From assembly GCA_963668675.2 (NCBI GenBank), contig CAXXMB010000002.1:3168001-3232000 (forward strand): a stretch of 64,000 bases of DNA, read 5' to 3'. Made by a program: the position numbers and the translations under genes. The notes under the pieces are model-generated. The model saw only the letters and a program-made list of their open reading frames with translations. It made no database searches and was not told the DNA's origin. This document shows positions 57,040 through 64,000 of the stretch, piece by piece. The number at the start of each line of letters is the position of its first letter. Positions within the stretch are counted from its first letter, which is position 1. This stretch comes from an uncultured Desulfatitalea sp. GTDB lineage: Bacteria; Desulfobacterota; Desulfobacteria; Desulfobacterales; Desulfosarcinaceae.

Positions 57040-59775
57040 ATGATCGGCATCACCTCTTACGGCGCATACATTCCCAAACTACGGCTCGAGCGCATGGCCA
57101 TCGTCCAGGCCCTTGGCTGGTACGCACCGGCCATCATGATGGTGGCCGACGGCGAGCGATCCATGTGCAACTGGGACGAGGACGCGGTCACCATGGCCGT
57201 GGCAGCTGCACGAGACTGCCTCACCGGCATGGACAAGCAGCAGGTGGAGGGGCTCTATCTGGCCTCGACCACCCTGCCGTTCGACGATCGCCAGAATGCC
57301 GGCATCGTGGCCACGGCCCTCAACCTGCCCAGCACCCTGCTGGCCTCCGACTTCACCGCCTCCCAGAAGGCCGGCAGCACAGCGCTGCTGACCGCCCTGG
57401 AGTCTGTGAAAGGCGGTGCGCGCCACAACATCCTCGTGGCCGCCGCCGACCGGCGGGAAACCCGTCCGGCATCGTTTTACGAGATGTGGTACGGAGACGG
57501 TGCCGCCGCCCTCATGGTGGGCGACAGCGATGTCATCGCCGGGTTCAAAGGGAGCCACGCCGTCTCCTACGACTTTGTGGAGCACTACCGCGGGGCCGGT
57601 CACCGGTTCGACTACACCTGGGAAGAGCGCTGGGCCAGGGACGAAGGCTACGGCAAGATCATCCCCGAGGCGGTCAACGGCCTGCTCGACAAACTCAACC
57701 TGACCATGGCGGATATCGACCATCTGGTTTTCCCCTGCGTCTTCAAGGCCGAACATCGCAACATCGCCCGCAAGCTGGGCGCTGCTCCGGAAACGGTGGC
57801 CGACAACATGCACGGCGAGTGCGGCGAGACCGGAACGGCCCACAGCCTGCTGATGCTGGTGCGTGTGCTCGAAACTGCGCAGCCCGGCGATCGCATCGTG
57901 GTGGCCGGATTCGGCCAGGGGTGCAATGCCCTCTGCTTCGAAGTGACCGACGCCATCGCTGACCTGCCGCCGCGCATCGCCGTCAGCGGCTATCTGGCCC
58001 GCAAGAAGAGCACCAACAACTACACCAAGTGGCTCAAGTTCAGGGAGCTGATCCAGCCGGAGACCGGCATAAGGGCCGAGGCCCCCAACCAGACCGCCAT
58101 GACCACCCTGTGGCGCAAGCGCAAAATGCTTCTCGGACTGGTGGGCGGCTATTGCCGCGAGTGCGGCACACCCCAGTTCCCCAAGATGGACATCTGCGTC
58201 AACCCCGATTGCGGGGCTCACCACACCCAGGACGACTACGAATTCGCCGACCGTCCGGCGCGCGTCAAAACCTTCACCGGCGACCTGCTGGCCGTCTCCG
58301 TAGACCCGCCCCACAAATACGGCATGGTGCAGTTTGAAGACGGCGGACGCCTGATGGCCGACTTCACCGACTGTGATTTCGAAGAGCTTAAGGTGGGGCT
58401 TCCCGTCCGGATGGTGTTCCGCAAACGTGCGGACGACCCCCAGCGCGGCTTTGTCAACTACTTCTGGAAGGCCGCGCCAGCTCCAGGCGCGGCAGAGGAG
58501 ATGTCCCGGATCTCTTTCGCCGGTCAGGTCGCAGTGGTCACCGGCGCCGGCGCCGGGCTGGGGCGTGCCTACGCCCTGGAGCTGGCCAAACGGGGCGCCA
58601 AAGTGGTGGTCAACGACTTGGGCGGCGCCCGTGACGGTTCGGGCGATGGCAGCAGCACACCGGCCGACCGGGTGGTTGAAGAGATCCGGAGCGCGGGTGG
58701 CGACGCCGTTGCCAACTACGACAATGTGGCCACGCCCGAAGGAGGGGAGAAAATCGTCAGGAGCGCCCTGGATGCCTTCGGCCGCCTGGATGTGCTGATC
58801 AACAATGCTGGCATCCTGCGGGACAAGAGCTTGATCAAGATGGAGCCGGCCAACTGGCAGGCCGTGCTCGACGTTCACCTGCACGGCGCCTATCACGTCA
58901 CTCGCCCGGCTCTGGCCGCCATGCGCGCGGGCGGATACGGCCGCATCCTCCTGACCACCTCGGCGGCCGGTCTCTACGGCAACTTCGGCCAGACCAACTA
59001 CGCTGCCGCAAAGATGGGGCTGGTCGGCCTGATGAACACCCTCAAGCTCGAAGGCGAGAAGCACGACATCAAGGTTAACACCATCGCCCCCCTGGCCGCT
59101 TCGCGCTTGACTGAAGACATTATGCCGCCGGATCTGTTCGAACGCGCCCAGCCGGAGTATGTCGTGCCCATGGCGCTCTACCTGTGCAGCGATGCCTGCG
59201 ACCGTACCGGTGATATCTTCAATGCCGGCATGGGCTACTTCAGCCGTGCGGCCGTGATGACCGGACCAGCCGTACAGCTCGGCAGCGGCGAGAGTCTGCC
59301 CACCGTGGAAGACATCGCCGATCACTGGGAGCGCATCAATGTCATGGAGGGCGCCAAAGAGCTTTACGATCTCAACGCCGCCACCGTGGATCTCATGACA
59401 CCTGTTTCGGAAGACGCCGGTACGCAGGAGAAGCCCGCCCAGGCAGATGGAGGCGCCGATGTGCAGGCCATCTTCGATGCAATGGCCGGCACGTTCAAAC
59501 CCGAAGCCGCCCAGGGCGTGGAGGTGGTCTTCCAGTTCCTGATCTCGGGCAGCGGCGGGGGCGACTGGTCGTGCGCCATCAGCAACCAGACCTGCACCGT
59601 CGAACCCGGCCGGCACGACAAGCCCACCTGCACCCTAAAGATGGGGGCCGAAGACTTCAGTGCCATGATCGGCGGCCGACTGCCGCCCATGCAGGCGTTT
59701 ACATCGGGCAAGCTGAAGATCGAAGGGGACGTAATGAAGTCCCAGCTGATCGAAAAATTGTTTGAGATAGGCTGA
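57040..59775 (+). CDS. four-domain fusion: HMG-CoA-synthase-like + DUF35 (Zn ribbon/OB fold) + SDR + SCP2
   Basis: GITSYGAYIP, DEDAVTMA, GDGAAA; CRECG..FP..ICVNPDC, YFWKA; SDR TGAGAGLG..YAAAK; SCP2 AFTSGKLKIEGD. Confidence 0.88.
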   Translation: MIGITSYGAYIPKLRLERMAIVQALGWYAPAIMMVADGERSMCNWDEDAVTMAVAAARDCLTGMDKQQVEGLYLASTTLPFDDRQNAGIVATALNLPSTLLASDFTASQKAGSTALLTALESVKGGARHNILVAAADRRETRPASFYEMWYGDGAAALMVGDSDVIAGFKGSHAVSYDFVEHYRGAGHRFDYTWEERWARDEGYGKIIPEAVNGLLDKLNLTMADIDHLVFPCVFKAEHRNIARKLGAAPETVADNMHGECGETGTAHSLLMLVRVLETAQPGDRIVVAGFGQGCNALCFEVTDAIADLPPRIAVSGYLARKKSTNNYTKWLKFRELIQPETGIRAEAPNQTAMTTLWRKRKMLLGLVGGYCRECGTPQFPKMDICVNPDCGAHHTQDDYEFADRPARVKTFTGDLLAVSVDPPHKYGMVQFEDGGRLMADFTDCDFEELKVGLPVRMVFRKRADDPQRGFVNYFWKAAPAPGAAEEMSRISFAGQVAVVTGAGAGLGRAYALELAKRGAKVVVNDLGGARDGSGDGSSTPADRVVEEIRSAGGDAVANYDNVATPEGGEKIVRSALDAFGRLDVLINNAGILRDKSLIKMEPANWQAVLDVHLHGAYHVTRPALAAMRAGGYGRILLTTSAAGLYGNFGQTNYAAAKMGLVGLMNTLKLEGEKHDIKVNTIAPLAASRLTEDIMPPDLFERAQPEYVVPMALYLCSDACDRTGDIFNAGMGYFSRAAVMTGPAVQLGSGESLPTVEDIADHWERINVMEGAKELYDLNAATVDLMTPVSEDAGTQEKPAQADGGADVQAIFDAMAGTFKPEAAQGVEVVFQFLISGSGGGDWSCAISNQTCTVEPGRHDKPTCTLKMGAEDFSAMIGGRLPPMQAFTSGKLKIEGDVMKSQLIEKLFEIG

Positions 59776-59797
59776 AGCGTGAGGGCTGAGAGAGAAA

Positions 59798-59872
59798 TGT
59801 AGGGGCGGGGTTTATCCCCGCCCATGGATAAGGCAGGTCCGGTTCCGGGCGGGGATAAACCCCGCCCCTACA
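59798..59872. repeat. REP-like doublet (GTAG type)
   Basis: TGTAGGGGCGGGGTTTATCCCCGCCC...GGGCGGGGATAAACCCCGCCCCTACA inverted pair. Confidence 0.85.
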
Positions 59873-59909
59873 CATTTTTCCCTGTATAAAGGGACCAGGA
59901 GGAACTGAA

Positions 59910-61109
59910 ATGGCAACAGGCATCAAAGATAAAGTGGCCATCATCGGCATGGGCTGCACCCGCTTTGGCGAACGCTGGGACATGGGCGCCGAAGAGCTGA
60001 TGGTCGAGGCTTTTGAGGAGGCGCTCGCCGATGCCGGCATTGCAAAGAAGCAGATCGAAGCTGCCTGGCTGGGCACCTGCATGGACGAGATCAATGTCGG
60101 CAAAACCGGCATGCCGCTGGCCACCACGCTACGGCTGCCCATGATACCGGTGACCCGGGTGGAGAACTACTGCGCCACCGGGACCGAGGCCTTTCGCGGG
60201 GCCTGTTACGCCGTGGCCTCAGGGGCCTACGATATCGCCCTGGCCCTAGGTGTGGAGAAGCTCAAAGACACCGGCTACGGCGGGTTGCCAAATCCCGGCT
60301 CGGGCGCCGGTTCGCTAAGCTGGCAATGGTGGCCCAACCTGACGGCCCCCGGCTCGTTTGCCCAACTGGCCAGTGCCTATAGCGCCAAATACCGCGTGAG
60401 CGACCAGGACCTGAAAAACGCCATCGGCCACGTTTCGGTCAAGAGCCACGCCAACGGTGCCATTAATCCCAAGGCCCACCTGCGCAAGCGCGTCAGTCTC
60501 GACCAGGTGCTCAACGCCCCGATCATCGCCCATCCCCTGGGGCTGTTTGACTGTTGCGGGGTAAGCGACGGATCGGCATGTGCCATTGTCACCACTCCGG
60601 AGATCGCAGAGCAACTGGGCCACAAAGATGCCGTGCGTGTCAAGGCCCTGCAGGTGGCCCTGAGCAGCGGCGAGGAGGCGGGGTATAACAGCTGGGACGG
60701 CGACCACTTTCTCACCACCGCCCGTTGCAGCACCATGGCGTATAAAGAGGCCGGCATCGATGACCCCAAAAGCGAGATCAGCATGATGGAGGTGCACGAC
60801 TGCTTCTCGATCACCGAGCTGGTCACCATGGAGGACCTGCACATCTCCGAGCGCGGCCGCGCCTGGCACGACGTATTGGACGGCTTCTACGACATCGACG
60901 GACAGGTGCCCTGCCAGGTGGACGGCGGCCTCAAATGCTTCGGCCATCCCATCGGCGCCTCAGGCCTGCGCATGCTCTACGAGATGTACCTGCAGCTCCA
61001 TGGACGGGCCGGCGAACGCCAGCTGCCCGACCCGCGCTACGGCCTGACCCACAACCTGGGCGGCTTTCCGTTCCAGAACATTTGCAGCATCGCCATTATC
61101 GGCAAGTAA
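59910..61109 (+). CDS. SCP-x-type thiolase (acetyl-CoA acyltransferase)
   Basis: ENYCATG, EVHDCF, GHPIGASG, THNLGG. Confidence 0.92.
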   Translation: MATGIKDKVAIIGMGCTRFGERWDMGAEELMVEAFEEALADAGIAKKQIEAAWLGTCMDEINVGKTGMPLATTLRLPMIPVTRVENYCATGTEAFRGACYAVASGAYDIALALGVEKLKDTGYGGLPNPGSGAGSLSWQWWPNLTAPGSFAQLASAYSAKYRVSDQDLKNAIGHVSVKSHANGAINPKAHLRKRVSLDQVLNAPIIAHPLGLFDCCGVSDGSACAIVTTPEIAEQLGHKDAVRVKALQVALSSGEEAGYNSWDGDHFLTTARCSTMAYKEAGIDDPKSEISMMEVHDCFSITELVTMEDLHISERGRAWHDVLDGFYDIDGQVPCQVDGGLKCFGHPIGASGLRMLYEMYLQLHGRAGERQLPDPRYGLTHNLGGFPFQNICSIAIIGK

Positions 61110-61119
61110 CAGATCAGCG

Positions 61120-61154
61120 TCCCCCTTTCCCAAAGGGGGAAATAGGGGGATTTT
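61120..61154. repeat. CCCCCTTT..AAAGGGGG palindromic repeat
   Basis: TCCCCCTTTCCCAAAGGGGGAAATAGGGGGATTTT; second, paired copy at 62324-62412. Confidence 0.7.
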
Positions 61155-61156
61155 CA

Positions 61157-62287
61157 ATGGTTGATCTCGATCGGTCCCAGCAGGAGATCCAGAAGGCGGC
61201 CCGTGATTTTGCCAAGGGAGAATTCGACCGCGACGTGGCCCTGGAGATGGAGTCGGGCGGGATTTTCCCTGATGGGATCTGGGTCAAGGCCGGGGATCTG
61301 GGCTTTCTGGGGCTTCACTTTCCCGACAAGTATGGCGGTGGCGGGCTCGGGTTTTTAGAAGCAGCGATTGTGGCCGAGGCCTTCTGCCGCCAGGACGCTA
61401 CTATCGGATGCGCGCTTCTCCTTGCCGGGCTTGGTGCCGAATGTCTGTTGGATTGCCAAGACGATGCCCTTAAACAGCGATACCTCTGCGCGGTGGCCGA
61501 GGGGCGTCTGCGCTGTGCCGTTGCCTTAAGCGAACCGGGTGTGGGGCCTGCGTACGCTTCGATCCAGGCTGCCGCAAGGCTTGATGGGGGCCACTGGGTT
61601 CTCAACGGCACCAAGACCCACGTGATCAATGGCACGGGTGCCGGCGTCTTCGTCGTTCTCTGCCGAACCGGCACTGAACAGATCAGCATGATCGCAGTCG
61701 AACGGGAGTGCGACGGGATTACCCTCCAAGACCAGGGAAGGCGTTTGGGCGCCAACATGACCGGGAGCGCGGAAATGCGGCTGGTCGATGTCCGTGTGCC
61801 GGTGGAAAACCTTTTGGGGAAGGCCGGCACGGGATTGCAGCACCTGGAACGCTTTCTCGCGGATGCATCGATCCTGTTGGCGGCAGCCGCTACCGGGATG
61901 GCTGCGGGTGCCTTTGACCGGGCTCTCTCCTACATCAAAGAGCGTGAAGCCTTCGGTCGCAAGATTGGCGCTTTCGAGATCACCCGCCATAAAATTGCGG
62001 AGATGGCCGCCAAGGTGGAAACCGCACGGGCGATCACCTATCGGGCCGCCCGGCAGCACGATGCGGGTAAGGCCGGCGCCGTGCCGGCGATGGCCAAGAT
62101 GGTGGCCACCCGGGCAGCGGTTTCGGTGGCCGACGAAGCGATCCAGATCTACGGCGGATACGGTTATATGAAAGAGTCCGAAGTAGAGCGATTTTACAGG
62201 GACGCCAAAACCATCGAATTGATGCTCGGCGGACCGGGAGAGGCGAAAAAAAAGATTGCGGATGGTGTTATCGGCAGAAAGATGTGA
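61157..62287 (+). CDS. acyl-CoA dehydrogenase
   Basis: ALSEPG, LNGTKTHVING, REAFGRKIG, IYGGYGYM, ERFYRDAK. Confidence 0.92.
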   Translation: MVDLDRSQQEIQKAARDFAKGEFDRDVALEMESGGIFPDGIWVKAGDLGFLGLHFPDKYGGGGLGFLEAAIVAEAFCRQDATIGCALLLAGLGAECLLDCQDDALKQRYLCAVAEGRLRCAVALSEPGVGPAYASIQAAARLDGGHWVLNGTKTHVINGTGAGVFVVLCRTGTEQISMIAVERECDGITLQDQGRRLGANMTGSAEMRLVDVRVPVENLLGKAGTGLQHLERFLADASILLAAAATGMAAGAFDRALSYIKEREAFGRKIGAFEITRHKIAEMAAKVETARAITYRAARQHDAGKAGAVPAMAKMVATRAAVSVADEAIQIYGGYGYMKESEVERFYRDAKTIELMLGGPGEAKKKIADGVIGRKM

Positions 62288-62323
62288 AAGCGAAGAAACA
62301 TAGACGATTTCAGCAACAGACAA

Positions 62324-62412
62324 GTCCCCCTTTCCCAAAGGGGGATTCAGGGGGATTTTTTAAGGCCGCGAATCCCCGAATCCCCCCCGGCCCCCATTTG
62401 GAAAACGGGGGT
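62324..62412. repeat. CCCCCTTT..AAAGGGGG repeat, inverted pair
   Basis: GTCCCCCTTTCCCAAAGGGGGATTCAGGGGGATTTT...AATCCCCCCCGGCCCCCATTTGGAAAACGGGGG. Confidence 0.65.
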
Positions 62413-62495
62413 GTCCAACGGGACGTGTCGATTTGTTATGCTCCCTCTGCTTTCTTACTTTGAGCTTTTCCCAAAATATAGTTCAGGATAGTCCT

Positions 62496-63638
62496 ATGGA
62501 AATTTTAAAGTACACCGACGCCCATCACGATTTCCGCAAACGCCTCAAAGCGTTCTGCGATGCGGAGATCATCCCCCACGTCGACCAGTGGGAGGAGGAC
62601 CACCTCGTACCCAAAGCAGTGTGGCGCAAAATGGGAGAGGCCGGTTTTCTCTGCCCGTGCGTGGCGACAGAGTACGGTGGCATGGGCGGCGACTTTGTCT
62701 TCTCGCTCATCGTGGCCGAAGAGATGTCACGCACCTCCCACACAGGGCTGGCCGCCTCCCTGCACAGCGACATCGTCGTGCCCTACATCGAGTCGTTCGG
62801 ATCGGAGGCGATCAAACGCAGATACCTGCCCGGTTGTGTTTCCGGAGAGATCATCACGGCCGTGGCCATGACCGAACCAGCTGCCGGTAGCGATCTGGCC
62901 TCCATGGAGACCACGGCCATAGAGACGGACGGCGAGGTGATCATCAACGGCTCCAAAACCTTCATCTCCAACGGCGTTAACTGCGATCTGGTGATTGTGG
63001 CCGCCACAGACCCTTCCGTGGAGAACCGCCACCAGGCCGTCTCCCTCTATGTGGTCGAGGAGGGCACGCCGGGGTTCAAGCACGGTAACCAACTGGAGAA
63101 GATGGGCTGGCACAGCCAGGACACCGCCGAGCTCTTTTTCACAGACTGCCGCATCCCGGCCGAAAACAGGCTTGGCGAACCGGGCAGCGGATTCTTTCTG
63201 CTCATGGAGAAGCTCCAACAGGAGCGGCTGGCCTGCAGCATGGGCGCTGTGGTGGCTGCCGAACGGATCGTCGAGTACACCATCGATCACTGCAAAAACA
63301 CCCTGGTCGGCGGCAAACCCCTCTCACGGTCCCAGGCCGTGCAGTTCGCTCTGGTGGAGATGAGTGCCGAGGCGAAGATCGGGCGCACTTTTCTGGAAAA
63401 GTTGATCGCCGAGCACATGGAGCAGAAGAACATCGTCGTGGACGTCTCCATGGCCAAGTACTGGACCACGGATGCCGCCAACCGCATCGCCAACCGATCC
63501 CTGGAACTGATCGGCGATGCGGGGGCATTAGAGTCCTGCCCCATGGTGCGGGCCTTCCGCGACACCCGGGTCATGTCGATCTTCGCCGGCACCAACGAGA
63601 TCATGAAGGGCATCGCCGCTAAATTCATGGGATTGTGA
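62496..63638 (+). CDS. acyl-CoA dehydrogenase (long-chain type)
   Basis: AMTEPAAGSDL, INGSKTFISNG, QDTAELFF, QERL, IFAGTNEIMK. Confidence 0.93.
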   Translation: MEILKYTDAHHDFRKRLKAFCDAEIIPHVDQWEEDHLVPKAVWRKMGEAGFLCPCVATEYGGMGGDFVFSLIVAEEMSRTSHTGLAASLHSDIVVPYIESFGSEAIKRRYLPGCVSGEIITAVAMTEPAAGSDLASMETTAIETDGEVIINGSKTFISNGVNCDLVIVAATDPSVENRHQAVSLYVVEEGTPGFKHGNQLEKMGWHSQDTAELFFTDCRIPAENRLGEPGSGFFLLMEKLQQERLACSMGAVVAAERIVEYTIDHCKNTLVGGKPLSRSQAVQFALVEMSAEAKIGRTFLEKLIAEHMEQKNIVVDVSMAKYWTTDAANRIANRSLELIGDAGALESCPMVRAFRDTRVMSIFAGTNEIMKGIAAKFMGL

Positions 63639-63642
63639 AAGG

Positions 63643-64000
63643 ATGACCATGCTCCCCAAAGGCGCCCTCGACGGCATCACTGTTCTCGACCTCTCCCGGC
63701 TGCTGCCCGGCCCTTACTGCTCGATGATCCTCGCCGACCACGGTGCGCGGGTGATCGCCATCGAGGACAAGAAACAGTATGCGGCTGATGGGCTTTTTCT
63801 GCCCACAGTCCAGCGCAACAAGGCGCACATCAGCCTGGATTTGAAAAGCGAGGCCGGCAAGGAGATCTTCTTCCGCCTGGTCGGCGAGGCCGATGTGGTT
63901 ATCGAAGGATTCCGGCCCGGCGTTGTGAAGCGCCTCGGCGTGGACTACGACAGCGTGCGTGCCGCCAAAGACGATATCATCTACTGCTCGATCACCGGCT
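63643..64000 (+). CDS. CaiB/BaiF family III CoA transferase (runs off the window)
   Basis: Translated by hand: MTMLPKGALDGITVLDLSRLLPGPYCSMILADHGARVI...RNK...ADVVIEGFRPGVVKRLG; absent from the ORF track because it has no stop in the window. Confidence 0.9.
   Translation, partial: MTMLPKGALDGITVLDLSRLLPGPYCSMILADHGARVIAIEDKKQYAADGLFLPTVQRNKAHISLDLKSEAGKEIFFRLVGEADVVIEGFRPGVVKRLGVDYDSVRAAKDDIIYCSITG

Noticed and set aside
57079..59616. 845-aa antisense ORF, and similar shadows (3903-4997, 25990-27222, 36601-37755, 55048-56412)
   Set aside because: They lie opposite well-supported genes in GC-rich DNA and have no recognisable motifs.

Overview
64 kb of GC-rich chromosome from an anaerobic deltaproteobacterium-like organism (gene content and intergenic repeats suggest a Desulfobacterales-type organism; this is inference). 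Mostly metabolic genes: a SulP transporter, flavin oxidoreductases, IHF, a FGGY kinase/GlpD/alkyl-DHAP-synthase-like trio, a TetR-TPP enzyme-BASS-SDR-SDR-xsc-ackA sulfonate-linked run, a molybdopterin oxidoreductase operon and an acyl-CoA catabolic operon with unusual domain fusions. The standout is a more AT-rich ~10.2 kb co-oriented cluster (15813-26009) that looks like an undescribed RiPP system. It has a 49-aa precursor with a lasso-type leader (Y-17, I-12, T-2) and a Tyr-rich core YVYYYYTYIFD, a lasso-B2-type peptidase and a PqqD/RRE, but no lasso cyclase. Instead it carries a formyltransferase, an HPr-kinase-like protein with a degenerate SPASM-like tail, a radical SAM/SPASM enzyme, a GT9 glycosyltransferase, an ABC exporter, a nucleotidyltransferase and an APH-like kinase. 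Also present: a nested mobile structure (IS1595-family element with a nonsense codon, inside a REP-carrying MITE, inside an AAAGT-type repeat) and several intergenic repeat families. No rRNA, tRNA or CRISPR array was recognised. All family calls are by eye from motifs; no database searches were run.
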